The notes under the pieces: generated by a model
What the model saw: the letters and a program-made list of their open reading frames with translations, nothing else
Told to the model about the DNA's origin: nothing
The model's database searches: none
Assembly: GCF_006345805.1 (NCBI RefSeq)
Contig: NC_043004.1
Coordinates: 45,384,001-45,448,000, forward strand
Length of the DNA stretch: 64,000 bases
Source of the DNA: Octopus sinensis
Taxonomy: Eukaryota
Direction: 5' to 3'
Translations under genes and position numbers: made by a program
Shown here: one piece after another, positions 11,447-25,538 of the stretch
How the letters are laid out: each line of letters begins with the position of its first letter
Position numbering within the stretch: the first letter of the stretch is position 1

Positions 11447-14400
11447 CTCACAGTCAGAAATGTCATGCGACAAATTGCCACAGAGAAACTGATAAACATT
11501 CTTAGAATGAGAATGAATTGCTCCAAGATACTACTTTTCATATTAACCTGTTGTTCTACAAATTTCTTTTTTTTTTTGTCTTTATCTTCTTCTTTTCCTC
11601 CTCCTCTACCACTAAGAGAAAGTTTGCATGGTCATGCACACACTTGCGCTTAAACACTGTGTGTGTCTATTTCTCTTTCATTTATTACTCATACTGTTCG
11701 CCTTTATACTTATATATTACATTTATTGGATTAGAATATATTTAATAATTCTCATAGAATAAGCACAAAGTGTTTGATGTATTGGTTATGGAAGAAAATA
11801 AGGTTGTGTGATGTTCATATTTTGTCTTTTTTTTTTGTTATTTCTAGATCATTAGTGACTAAGGTGAAGTGACACAGCAGTAAATGGAAGTCAAAACATA
11901 GTTATTATTGTTTCTGCTTAACCAGAAAATTCTTCAAACACTGGTCTTCACCCCAAGCTAATTTGCTGTAGAAATACGAGCAAGATTTGGGTGTTATTCG
12001 TAGCAGGCCAAGTGATTCCGTAAAGGTTGTTTTGGTTTGCTGTGGTTTACCTTGTCGTCTGTCCCCATGTTAACCTTCTTATAACACACATATGCTTGAT
12101 AAAATTCCAGCTATGAGTGTCCCAAATTTTTTTTCTTCTCTTTTTCTTTTTTTTTTGTAAGTTATCCCGTATTTAGGGCAGCATATTCCTAATGAATACT
12201 TTCTTTTTTTTTTTTGCTTTTTAAAAATTTGCGATGTGAGAGAAATGTGGCTGCTATTTCTGGCAAGTTGATCAACTTCTTATGGCCTCCCCATTCACTA
12301 TCCATATTGTTTGTTTTGTGAAGGAGAAGAGAGCTAACATTTCAAGCTGTGTTGTTGATTAGAAAATGTTTTTAAGATTTGTGGGTGAGAAAAACAAGAC
12401 GATATCACATCCATGCCCTTTCTAAAGTCATTATTTTTTTTTTTTTTTTTAGTATTTTTTGCTCGAGCAGTCATGAGAAAACTGTGGCCTGTTGGACTTT
12501 CTGAATGGCATGCCTAACAAAAAAAATTACCTTGATCTTTTTTGATTTTTTTTAGTAGTGCAGCCTACCTGATGATGGATCATGTCTCATGCAGCCAGCT
12601 TCTTGGAAGTGAGCTTGAGCCAAGCAAAAAAAATCAAAACAGCATTGTAGACTTCAAGTTGCATCATCTGGTTAAATTTGTTCAGATTTTGGAACTCGTT
12701 GATAACATCCGTAATTATCAGTTCTTGTAGACATAAGCATTAAAACACTTTAGAGACTTGATAAGCTTGGTTGTTAACTTCAAAACAGGTTATCTGCCCT
12801 ACATCATGTGAGAATTGTTTTTGTTCAATATAAGACTTGTTCTCTAGAACGTCACATCCGATCTGCTGCATTCCAGTGTTTTTACCTGTAACCTTAGGCT
12901 AAGTGTTTCTTAAGGGCTATGCTCCTTGTAAAATGACAACCTATATTTAATTCAAAATAGCATTTTTCTATATTGCTCCTAGCCCCTTTATATATGGCGG
13001 ACATTCCTCTATCTGCCCCTTTATGCATCGGCCAAGTTTGGAGTTCTCACTTCTGTTCCTATCTCAGTTTGCCGGAGTCAGAAAACGTTTTTTTTTTTCT
13101 GTTTTGTCAAGAGAGAAGACAGTACCTGTGACCCTTTACAGAACCCTGCTACTAGTGGTAGGCTAGGAGGGAAGAAAAAAATCATCCTCAAACCAGAAAC
13201 TGACCTGAGTGGACTCAGCTGTGCTAAAGTCACCTTAAGTGCCAGATGGCTGTATTAAACCTAGCAACAAATCAAATCTGCCTCCCAATTAGGCCACGGA
13301 AACAAGCAATACAAGTCATTCACTCTAACATTCTTATACTTACAATAATCCTCTGCTTGACTTTGTACATTTTTATTGACCCTGAAAGGATTAAAAGCAA
13401 AGTTGACCTCTGAATGGTTTGATCTCAGAGTGTTGAGAGTTGAAACTAATACCATGAGTTATTCACCCCGATTCTTTAATGACTTCCAATTCACTGCCTT
13501 GTTGATAAAATGAATTCTGATTTCATTCTTTGGTAATAACCTGGTTATACATAGTCTCTTATGGAAGTGAAGTCTGGCTAATTGGTACATTCTACTTCAA
13601 ATATAGTATCTTCCTCCACAAGTTTTTCTCATTATTTCTCCGATTAATCAAAGCAACAAAAATTTTAGTCATTTGGAATCGTTGTCTGTGAAACTAGAAA
13701 TTTTTTTCTTATCTTTTTTGTTTTTTATATTTGGCAAATATTGTTTGCACAATTTGCAGAAAAGTTTTGGTGAGAACCACTTTGAGAACAGTTGTGCTGT
13801 GACACCCAGTGAAGTAGTAACTTCAGAGAATCGAATGCCATCTCTTGGGCCATTTTTTTCATTAACATTGTTTCATATAAGACCGACCATAAATTTATGT
13901 CTCAGCAGGAAGGAATTTTAAACATAGTAGAAAATATTGCTAATAGGTTTCCCATCTGTTTGATTGCAAAACAATCATACTATAAATGGTAATGGTAGAC
14001 GAAATGGATATACCCAGCAATATCATTGTTGTTGAAGATCTGCAGAACAAATGGTGTCACAGTGGGTAGCTCCTTCTTGTGTTATTAGACGCATCATTGT
14101 AAAATGAAATGTAATGTAGTTATATATTCACTGTTGTATTATACATATGTGTGCATATATGTATGTGTGTCTGTGTATATATATTGTGTACATAGTATGG
14201 CTATAATGACCAAATAATGTTTATTCAGTCATTAGTCACCGACAAACGATACATATCTAGGCTGGTGCCTTACGAAAAACTTAACATAGATTTCACGAAA
14301 GCATTTTTAAAAAAATGATATGCTCATTTCGATGAGTTGTAGACGGTTGATACCTGATCAGATCATTTAATCGCAACCTGACCCTGCACACTTACTTGCA

Positions 14401-14949
14401 CACACACACATACACAGACATAATGACACAAATATACAGACATACAAGTGTAAATGTATTTGTGTACTGACTTATGATTATATACATATCATGATTTTTA
14501 TTTTTTGTGTGATAGTGATGCTGGTATGTAATGATTCCTAAAAATATAATGACAATGATGATGATTTCACCACATGAAATTTTATTGCTGACATTGTAGA
14601 CGTTATTTTTGCTGTTGTTGTTGGTCTTGTTATTTTTGTTTTTTGTGTGTGTGTGTGTGTGTTTTTTTTTTAATTCTTCTTCTTGTTCAGAGCAATCTTG
14701 TTTTTTCTAACGAATCAGCAAAAATTTTTATAAACACCACAAAAGAATAGCAGAGTATAAATTTTATATACATGTGTATGTGCATGTGTGTGTGTGTGTA
14801 TATATAATTGATTTTACAGAAAATAAAAAAAATATGTACTGAAATAACACTGAAGATGATGATAACCATTTCTCATTTTTAATATTTTAAGGTGGGGAAA
14901 AATAAATTTGTTGAAGTATTTCTGAATGGCCTCTACAAAAACAGTTATA

Positions 14950-15021
14950 TTAACAGTAATAATAATGATGATGATGATGAAGAAAATTGCAATAATAATA
15001 ATAATGATGAGGGTGATGATG

Positions 15022-15064
<43 letters not shown>

Positions 15065-16560
15065 TAGTAGTTTCAAATTTTGGTACAAGGCCAGCAACTT
15101 CAGGGGAGGGGTTAAGTCGATTACATCAACCTCAGTGCTCAACTGGTACTGAACTTATCAACCCCAAAAGGATGAAAGGTAACGTCAGACTCAACAGAAT
15201 CTGAACTTGGAACATAAAGACAGAGGAAATGCCACCAAGCATTTTGTCTGGCATGTGTATGAGTCTGCCAGTTCACTGCCTTACCAATAATAGTAATAAT
15301 AATAGTTTCAATATTTAGCACAAGGCCAGCAATTTTGAGGCGGTTAGAGGTAACTCAATTACATTAAGTCCTGTTCTCAACTGGTACTTTATTTTATCAC
15401 CCCCAGAAAGATGAAAGGCAAAGTTGACCCTATCATGAACAACTGGAACACGTGGTTAAGCATTTTGTCTTAATGCCCTAAAAATTCTGCCAGTTCGCCT
15501 CCTAATGAAAATAATAATAATAATAATAATAATAATCCTTCACATTATAGGCTCAAGGTGATGGCTAATCAATCACATTGACCCAAGTGCTCAACTGGTG
15601 TTTATTTCAACCCCGAAAGGATGAAAGGTAAAGGCCACCTCATCAGAATTTGAATTCGCAACATAAAGATAGATGAAACGTCATTAGGCATTTTATCTGG
15701 CATGCTAACAATTCTGCCAGCTCACCACCATAATAATAATAATGATTTCAAATTTTTGCCACAAAGGCAGCTTGGGAGAAGAGATTAAGTCGATTACATC
15801 ATCCCCAGTTCATAACTGGTACTTATTTAACCGAACCCAAAAGGATGAAAGGCCAAGTCAACCTCAGTAGAACTCAGAATGGAGCAATGGGTGAAATACC
15901 GCTAAACATTTCATTATTTACATTATTTATTTTATTTATATTTGCCGGACATTTGTCCTCATCTTGTTTGTTGTTAACACAAAATTTCATCAGGTGTCTT
16001 GGGAAAATTTTGAACCTGGGTTCTCATTCCTAAGGTATTTTTAATGTTGTAATGATTATTATTATTATTAAGGTCACTGCCTGGAATCAAACTCTGAATC
16101 TTAGGGTTAGTAGCCCGCGCTCTTAACCACTACACCATATGCCCGTGGTAATGATTCTGCCAGTTCACCGCCTTAATAATAATAATGATGATGATAATCC
16201 TTTCTACAAAAGCACATGGCCTAAAGTTTGAGGGAAGTGACTTATTGATTACAACAATCTCAGGGCTGAATTGGTACTTTTTTTCACAATCTCCTACTTC
16301 AATACACACACACACACAAAAAAAGGGATGAAAGGCAAAGTTGTCTTCGGTGGAATTTGAACTCAGAACATAAAGATGGATGAAATGTTGCTAAGCATTT
16401 TCCCCAGCATGTTACTGCTTCTTCCAGTTGATTTTAACGTATCCACAAGACCAGAAATTTGGCAGGCATTGAGCATTCAGTTGTATTGATCCCAGTATTT
16501 GACTGATATTTTAATTTGTTGACTTAGGAAGGATTTCTTTACATAGGCACAAGAAAGTCC
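14950..16560 (-). mobile_element. Head-to-tail stack of six or more family-C SINE copies separated by (AAT)n tails
   Basis: Unit caaggccagcaa...actggtac...aaggatgaaagg...ctgccagttc recurs at ~15066, 15305, 15535, 15745, 16195 and, partially, 16430; the first five are each preceded by (AAT/GAT)n. Confidence 0.85.
15910..16148 (-). mobile_element. tRNA-headed short element with hammerhead core remnant, inserted into the fourth SINE copy
   Basis: Minus strand: gggcata-TGGTGTAGTGG (A box)...GAGTTTGATTCC (B box), (TAA)n, gacac-CTGATGA-AATTTT-gtgtt, then an AT-rich tail with taaataa repeats. The host SINE resumes at 16149. Confidence 0.7.
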
Positions 16561-16565
16561 ATCGA

Positions 16566-16755
16566 CTCTTTTGATACCATCCTGCAAACTTCCAGTTTTA
16601 TTCTGATCTGAAGTAAACCAGTCTTTCAAAATTCCTTGTTTGTTTATGTTCCAAATAATAATGTCATTAATAATGACAAATTTATTTTAGTAAATTCTTC
16701 CAAAATCAATTGAAACAAATGCAGTGTATTCCAAAAAAAAGAAAGAACAAAAGGG
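16566..16755. mobile_element. Degenerate TTAA MITE related to 42688-42913 (opposite orientation)
   Basis: Ends ...aacaaaaggg|TTAA; interior gttccaaa...ttattttagtaaattctt matches the reverse complement of the 42.7-kb copy. Confidence 0.6.
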
Positions 16756-17220
16756 TTAATATTTTGAGAAAAATTTGGTTGATTTTTATTATCTTTAGTG
16801 CTGCAATGATTCTTTGTTAATCCAGGTTTTATGAAAAGTAAATCTGATTCCAGCAAAATTTGAATTCAAAAGCATAATGGGTTGCAAAAATGTTTCAAGA
16901 TATTTGAAACTTTCTCCTTGGAATCCTACCTGTTTTGCCAGCTGATACCCATGTGCTAGCGGAAGAAGCAAGTAAAAGACCTTCTTAAAAGTTGTGTACA
17001 TAAGTATTAAAAGGAATTATACAAAATTAATCTATGTAACTTTAACCCTTTTGATCTAAACTTCCTCAATAATATCCTCTTATTTTTTGATACTAAATCA
17101 TCCTTCTTAAATACTTCATATTTAAATTAGACTCTTACATCTCAATTTTAAAAACCATTTGTTAACTTTCATTCCAAACATCTGATTAGTGATGGCAAGT
17201 TTATTTATTCCGTTACTATA

Positions 17221-17480
17221 TCTATTATATAAAATCTGTTCTGTCTGTCTGTGTGTGTGTGTCTTCTTGGATCTTGGGCATCCTCCATCCAATTGTGCTC
17301 AAATTGCATATGTAGATATCAACAGTATCAGGGCATGTATAAGTCTTGAAAAAATTACAAAAATTGATTCCAGGTGAGAATACGATCGATAAAGCCGTGA
17401 GAACATGCATTTGTATGTGCAAGTACATCAGCTGTTGCGATGTACTTACAGGTACTTTAAAACTCTTCGGTTGCATATTT
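17221..17480 (+). mobile_element. Helitron-like 5' portion; 3' end not found
   Basis: A|TCTATTATATAAAATCTGTTCTGTCTGTCTGTGTGTG start resembles the other three Helitron 5' ends; no hairpin-CTAG located downstream. Confidence 0.5.
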
Positions 17481-19129
17481 GTGTGCATAAAATCGTTTTT
17501 CTTTAGAATAGAAAAAAGTCTGTCTTTATTTCTTCTTTTGTTGGTGTCTCAAATTTAGGTTAAATCAGTGTTTCTCAAAGGGGAGGCTTTGGGATGGTCG
17601 GACAAGTTGTTTTGAGAAAATTTGGTTTAAATGTTTGACAACTCAGCACTGTCCATTGGATGGGGGGCATTTTGCTTGTCTCTTCATATTTCTGAATAGG
17701 AAAAAAATGGGTCATGCATTTCTTTAAGAAAATAGTGACAGAATAGTTGTATTCTATAATTTTATTCCAGTTGTCTAGTGAGTTAAAACATTCACGTAAC
17801 CCCACTAACACGGGTCTCCATGCACACACACACACACACACACACGCACACGTGTTACATAACATCCAGCTGTCTTTTTCTAGTGTGACTTGGTAATATT
17901 TACCATGCTGTTGCTTTTTGTTTCAGATATGTTTGTTGTTGCGACTATGCACAGATAGCCTCTTGACCTTCTTACCTTTATAACTGGAGGGAAACAGGGC
18001 TACTCTAACACCCTTCTGATACTCAGTTTCAGCTGAGTAGACTGGAGCAATGTGAAATGTAGTACTTTTCTCAAGGACTCAGTGCACTACCCAGTCAAAG
18101 AATTGAATCCACCTCATTATAATCACGAGCCAAATATCCTTAACTACTAGGCAATGCAAAAGAACCTATCAATTTATATCTCTGTTAATTAAGCACATCT
18201 AATATTCTTTTGAAGTATTTGAACCAACCTGTTTTTGGTAGGTTATCATTTTATTAAACATCAACTAACAATAGCAAAAAGCACTGAAACCAAATTCGTC
18301 TTGTAAAATGGTCTCAACCTAAACATAATCTTTATGTTGAAGAAAAGTTTTTTTTTTGCTATTATTAGGACTGAGTATTTACCAAAGATTTGATGCTTAA
18401 ATTTATTTGTGGCACATCTGCAAATATCTGTCCAAAAAAAGCCCTCCCATAATTCATAATTGGTTCCTCATAGACTATAAATAGAGCTTCATTTTTTCTT
18501 ATTTTTACCAGATTATGAAGATTTGCATTAGAAGCTAGAGGAGTCAATGACCCCAACCAGCCAAAGAAAAGTGTAGGTAGAGAATTAGATCTCCTTTAGT
18601 ATATTACCAGCTCTCATTTTCTTGATCCTGAAGAGAAATGATGGACAGATCTGAATATTGCAATATTTTTGTTTCTGCACCTTACCACTTCTAATAATAA
18701 ATACCAACATAAAGTTAAAAAATACTATATTTGATGGTCCTTACTTGATTCATTGCCTGTCCTGTGTACTACATGTGATACACAGGACATATTTCCCTGG
18801 TGTACATCATATATGATACACATTCCTAATTTTTACCAACTTGCAGTTTAAAAAGGAAAGCTTTTTATTACTCAGAACAGGAGAAAGAAGGGACAACTAA
18901 ATGTGTTAAAGCAAGTATGGACATTTAGAATGAAATTACGAAAATACTTTGGAAAGGCAAAGAGTTAATTTTAGTTTATTGTCTATGTCAATCAATGAGT
19001 AATTTTTTTTTAGAACTAGGGCTGTAGTTTATTGCTGGTGACATTCCACAAAAATCTACATCTCCATCATTCCAGTCTTAAGATCTGTTAGAATGTAATG
19101 TCACACAACTGAATATAATAATAAAACAT

Positions 19130-19510
19130 CTTTGTTTCAATCATTGGGCTGCAGCCAAGCAGGGGCTCTACCTTCGGGTCTTTTTTTTTAGATGAACAAA
19201 TTAACTCCAGTACTTTTTTCTTTTTCCAAATGTCTGGTACTTATTCTATCGGTCTCTTTTTTTTTTTTTTACAAAACTGATTAGTTACAGGCACAAAATG
19301 AAACAATACCAGTTTTCATGTGTTGCAAGAAGAAACAAACACACACATGCACAGGCTTCTTTAGTCTGTCTACCAAATGCACTCACAAGGCTTTGGTCAG
19401 CTCTGTGCTATTGTAGAGGACATTTGCCCAAAGTGCCTCATAGTGGGACTGAACCTGAAGCCATGTGGTTGGGAAGCAAACTTTTTACCACCTGGCTACA
19501 CCTACACATA
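19130..19510 (-). mobile_element. SINE family A, near full length, degenerate
   Basis: cacaaggctttggtc...ttgcccaa...agtgggactgaacc...catgtggttgggaagcaaac; same as 62731-63112. Confidence 0.8.
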
Positions 19511-20909
19511 TATAATGTATATAGCAATTCAAACACCTGGAACATTAACCTGTTGCTCAATTCATTCTTTCCCTGCTCAGGTTATTTCATCTCTTCTTAA
19601 ATTATCAATTAAAGGTTTTTTTTTTACTTTTGCAATGCTAATTTTATGAATTTATTTATTAAGCTTAGTTGTTTATTAATGTTGACTAATTGGTGTAATG
19701 TATTTAAACTATCTTGCTTGCCCAGGTCTGCTTGATTTTCTTGGATGCAGAACTGGCAATTTGAAGATGTTTGCATATAAATTAAAGCCTTCCATCATAT
19801 TTTATGGATAAGAAATTTCTTTAAGTTAATTACATTCAGAATGCTAGTGTGATAATGGAAAAAAAAAAAAAGAAAGCAATTACTAATTCTTTCAAAATTC
19901 TTCATCACTTCCCAACTGAACAAAAAACAAATGCAAAGTGTTCCCTTAGTAAAATTCTTCAATTAAGGGCTACGACATGAAGGATTAAAAAGCTAATTAG
20001 AAGTAACTGATATTAGTCAAAGATCAATACTATTTCCCATTTCTACAGCAACTACCATAGACAACTCCATTTGGACATGTTTCTGAATTATTCTGATCTC
20101 ATTAGCAAAGAATATGTTTAGTCTGCTAATGATAAGGCTAAGTAATCATTAGTACTTTCAGCCATTAATAATCAGGTTATATGCAATAATTATTGTATAT
20201 CACTTGTTCTAAGATTATTAAAATCATATTTTTCTCTTATGTATATATGTAATATTCTTTCTGATGAGCGCCAAATTTCTGCAGCGATTTGTGCTATACA
20301 AACCAAAGTTCGCACTCCACTTTCAATTGATATGTATAAAAGAGTTTAATTTACGTTGGTCATGCTTTTTTTGGAAGTACACGGTGCTGGTGTGGAGGGC
20401 AGGGGAGGGATTACTTCTGTTCCTTTCATACATAATTTCAGCTATATATAATTCATCCTTTATTTGTGGTATTTTCATTCCATGTTTTCAGTACATTCAT
20501 TTCATACCTTCAACATATATTTAAGAAAATTTTTACATGCACAGTTATTATGCATTCATAGATATTTTTACTATGTCTTTAAATTGTCAGTCATTTTTTT
20601 TTTATTATACAAATTTATATACTGCATGTGTGTGTGTGTGTACAAGCATATATATATATAAGAACTGTGATGACTACAAGAGTTACTTAGGGATCTAGAG
20701 AGTTATATTAGAAAAGAAAACCCAGGGCCTCTCAGTAAATCTTGTAGTAAGCTAATTTTATATATTGAGTTCTCATAATGTACATGTAACCATTCACCCA
20801 TCCACCAACAAATACACACACTTACTATACACGTAAAGTGGTTTGCATTTAGAAGGGCATCCAGTTATAGAAACTATGCCAAAGCACCGTGTTTCACATT
20901 TATGTGCTT

Positions 20910-21355
20910 ACTCCAGTATATATATATATGTGTGTATTACATACATATATATATATAGATATAGCATATATTATAGATTATATATGTGTGTGTGTATTAT
21001 ATATGTATTACATATATAATATATATATTATATATATTACATATATATATATTCTACATATTATATATGTATATATATATTAAATGTATATTATGTATTA
21101 TATATATTATATATATATATATCGTGTATATTACATGTATATTATATTATATATATATATATATATTAAATGTATATTATGTATTATATATATTATATAT
21201 ATATATCATGTATATTACATGTATATTATATATTATATATATATATATATATGAATGTATATTATGTATTATATATATATATTGAATGTATATTACATGT
21301 ATATTATGTATAATATATATATTATATATATATATATATTATATATATATATATT
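20910..21355. repeat. AT-only compound microsatellite with repeated aatgtatattatgtatt/gtatattacatgtat blocks
   Basis: Direct reading. Confidence 0.9.
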
Positions 21356-23080
21356 AGAATATTACAAACACTTGTTTGTTGATGTAGAATGATCGCATCT
21401 TATTGTATTCTGATAGAGCTGCTGTTGTTTGTGAATTAGAAACTGTATCAAAACAACATTATGGGCAGATGAAAATGTGTGAATGAACAGTTTATACTCT
21501 TCCAAAAATACAAATATTTGGTTTGTTTTGCGTGTGTAAAAATTGTGCCTTAGTTACAAATGTAGTATTTGATATTCATAAATATATCAGACGCTGTGTT
21601 CATTAGCACTTACAAAAAACACAATCAGTATAAGTGGCTTCACAAGTAACATGCAGTGCTCTATCTGCAGTACTCCTAGCATGAAAATTGGCCAAGAAAT
21701 ACATTGTGGTATAACCTAACCTTTTGTATAAGTAGACATACACATATTACCAGTGGTTTCTTTCATAAGATTTTTTCAATTTTCTTTTGAACAATCAGTA
21801 CCATAAGACTTACATGTTGTATCATTAGAAAGCATTTCAGATACGATAGAATATAGTCTCCGACTTGCAAACAATTTCTGTCATATTGGTAATAGCCTTT
21901 CAAATGCTACTTTATAATGTCCAGCACAGTTACAACAGTGGTCCCTGTAATTATATTGTTTTCACCAAGAATTGCCTTAAAGTTGGTTTTTAATCAGCAC
22001 ACTCGTATATTTAAGCAAGAAGAAAAAGCAATTCTTATAAGCCTTTCCAAGCATATTAGACTTTTAAAAGGATCACACTTGGTGGCATCAAAATCAAGTA
22101 AATTATTTGTTGCAATGCATCCCCATTTTTCTATAGCAGATTTCGTTGAAATATACTTATTCTAGTCTGATTTTGTGAGAATTTATTTATATTATATTAT
22201 ATTATATTTGGAAACAAGCAAAAGTGGATTACACAAACATGTAAAGATATCATGCCACTGTAGAGAATTTTTTGAAGTATATACTTAACACTTATGTACA
22301 TCCAAGTAGCAATTTCCAGTAGCAGTACATACTATAAATGGCTGAAAATTCAGAAATCTAAGAATAATATGATATTTATCACTTCCAGTTTTAAATATTT
22401 TTAAATACATTTCAATGCCCCAAGCTATTTCCATGGCAGCATTACAATTTTTATTCACACAAATGTCAAAATGTTTGCATTTTTGCACAAATATGTATTT
22501 TGTTTTGTTTTTTTTTTGTCTGTTATTGTGTGTGTAATTTATTCTTTTATTTTCAACTCAAGGTGACAACACCCATCTGAATTTTTCAAATAATATTACT
22601 ATTCAATAAGGTAGCCTCATAGCATGCCATCTAACCAGTGTTCGCTCTGATATTCATAAACTTTTACTGTTTGCTTATTATTAACCAGGTCTTATGTTTC
22701 ACTTTTTCATAAATTGTCTGAATATTGAAAATGAAAACAACTTGGGAGTAAAATTTGTGAAGTTTCAGCTTTTGAAATATTCTGTCACTCTGTTTTCATT
22801 ATTTAGCACTCTCTGTCCTTTAACTTTGTGTACATGTGTGTGTACATGAGATCAGCCTTTTGCTAAAACTAATCCAGTCAGAACACCCTTTATCAATTAG
22901 AGTGTCACCAGCTAGATACTCAATAACTCAAATATGCAATAACATTGGGGGTGCCCTAGCAAGGCTTTGTCTCTGACATTCAAAAGGAATTTAAGATCTA
23001 AAGTAGATGTCTGTGTATACATACATATATATATGTGTGTGTATGTGTATGTATGTGTGTAGTACACACACACTTATGTA

Positions 23081-25341
23081 GCTGAGTGGTGCAAAAATCC
23101 ATGGAAGTTTTTTATCATTAATTTTAAACAACATATGTGAACTTTGAATAAATTTTGATCAATTAAATTATATGTCAGTATATTCAAGAGAACTTAAGCA
23201 TTTTTATCCCCAGCCAGAAACAAATTTCTTCATCCCAGTTTCTTAGGATTGTGGAATCTTATAACTGAACGAATTTTTCTGAAAGTATTTTGAGTTTGCT
23301 GCATAGTTAGGAAGTCAACAAGTTGCTTGAAAACAAATGTGATAGTTGGTTAGTGGCTAGTCAAAGAAGCAAGCTGAGTCAGGTAGAGTTTCCTGACCCA
23401 ATTTGTCCCATTCCTGCAGAGTTATTTGTCATGTATGTGATCGCATGTTGTCAAGGAGAAGAATTCTTGAACAGCCAATGTTCAGTGTAAATGTTACAAT
23501 ATTACATTTTCTCTATTTCCTAGCAGTACTTCTCTCCTGTGAAAATATCACCAGGATTCAAGAAATAGTTAAGATTGATTCCTCTAGCTAATCACCAACT
23601 AGTGATTGTAACTTAGTTTTGTTGCAAATTCAAAAAGTGTTTCGGTGTTCCTTCTTGTCAAACCACTGTGCAGAGTACCATTATTCTGCTACCAAATATG
23701 TTTCTCATCACATTATGTTGCAATTGAGAGATTGGTCATCATTGTGCATAAATGCATGCAAAACAGACATTGTAATTTAGTGATGTTCATTCATCTAATG
23801 TGACTATTTGTAGCATTTTGTTGTTTTGGATTTCTCAAATATTTGTTTCCCTTGGGTGGTCAGACTGGGTTTGTTCTTCTTCCACAACTTCCTGACTTGT
23901 TTGCATGGGTTCACTTCAACAGTGGCCCTTAAGAGATTATTGTCAATGACAGGAAGTCCTGTATGATTCACTTGACCTCAAAGATCTCCTTTACATTGAA
24001 ATTTTTTCAACTGATGAGCTTTGCATACATTGAAAGCCTCCTGTTCAAATGTTTAGTTAATAATGCAAGCTGTTTCTGTTGACTTCCTTTCCATGTCCAG
24101 CTTATATCTTAAAATACTAATATTTGCTTTTTCTGCACACACTGCCACTTTAATTTGATGGTACAAAATAGACAAAAAATAAAGGAAACAACTTTTAGTA
24201 TACAAGGGGTACTCAAAAGAAACCGAAATTTTGCAGTGTTATTATATTTACTTAGTTTTATATGTTTAATATTTTATTGCCTTCAAAGTATTCTCCAGTT
24301 CAAGTAATGCATTGGTCCAGATGTGTTCACTGTTTACTGTCCAGGTGTGTTCACTGTTCGAAGCAGTCCTGGAACTCTTGCAAAGTGATGCTTTTTAACA
24401 CGTCTATCGTTTTCTTTTTTTTTCTTCGTCTCTTCCACATTTGCAAATTAGGTAGTACCAACTTTCATCAACAGTGATTATCTTTAAAAAAAGGTCTGGA
24501 TCAACTTCCAATTTTTCTTTCAATTCACAATGTGCATTCAGTCACGACTGCTTTTGATCTTCCGTGAGCAAGCGAGGCACAAATTTTGCTGCAACTCTTT
24601 TCATTTGCAATTCCTCACTCAAAATTCATTGGTAGGAGCTTCAGGACACACTAATCGTATCAACAAGTTCATCAATTGTTCAGTGATCATCTTCCAAGAT
24701 CAGTTCATGAATTTTCATGTTTTCATTCTTTCAGGAGATCAATGACCCTGAACAGTGTTGGTCCTCAAATGACAAATGACCATTCCTGAAGCATGAAAAC
24801 CACTGATAAAGTAGTGTTTTGCTCATGGCAGCATCTTAGTAAATTGCTTGAGGCATGACAACTGTTTTAGCTGCCATTTTCCCCAGCAGCAAACAGAATT
24901 TCATGGAAGCAAGCTGTTCCTTCATTTCAGCCATTGCAATAACCAGTGAACCAAGAAGAAGCACTGCAAAACAAAGACGCACCACATCATGGCAGTACAA
25001 CATCACTCGATGACACCAGTCAACAGACTGATGCCTGAGGGTTGCATCAAGTGGCTTCGAGTGGAGGAAGCCTGAACTACAAAAGGCTTGTCCCACAGAG
25101 AACGTTTCTGGTTACTTTTGGGTACCCCCTCACAGATCAATAGTCTCGAGTCTGATCTTCAAAGTATTACATGTGCATAGAATTTGCGGCTATATATTAT
25201 ATGTGTGTATCATATGGACATATATTATCCGATTGTATGTTGTATGGGTGTGTATTAGACGACTGTATTATATACGGGCAGGTATAACATGAGCATCAAA
25301 GTTTAAAATAAAAACTGCCACTATTTTTGCACCAGCCTGGC
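23081..25341 (-). mobile_element. Old, heavily mutated full-length mariner hosting a younger mariner
   Basis: TIRs TA|gctgagtggtgcaaaaat ... atttttgcaccagcctggc|TA; minus-strand relic ILLLDNMRSHT (23430-23466) resembles mariner HDNARPH; net length without the insert is ~1.33 kb. Confidence 0.65.
24203..25132 (-). pseudogene. Internally deleted mariner transposon (930 bp), transposase pseudogene
   Basis: TIRs TA|CAAGGGGTACTCAAAAGAAACCGAAA / TTCTGGTTACTTTTGGGTACCCCCTCA|CA; minus-strand MKEQLASMKFCLLLGK..., ILSEELQMKRVAAKFVPRLLTEDQKQS (WVPHEL-equivalent) and C-terminal EFQDCFEQ...GEYFEGNK; the catalytic middle is missing. Confidence 0.9.
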
Positions 25342-25507
25342 TATATTATACAAACATACATATATTTGAACATGTACACACATATATCTATATATATATA
25401 TACATGTTCAATTATGTATATATACATATATATGTGTGTGTATATATATACACATGCACATATATATATATATATATGTATGTATATTTACAAAAGTACG
25501 TAACCTC

Positions 25508-25538
<31 letters not shown>

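Noticed and set aside
15066-16430. Regularly spaced repeats suggesting a CRISPR-like array
   Set aside because: Eukaryotic context; the units are 170-230-bp divergent SINE copies without unique spacers.
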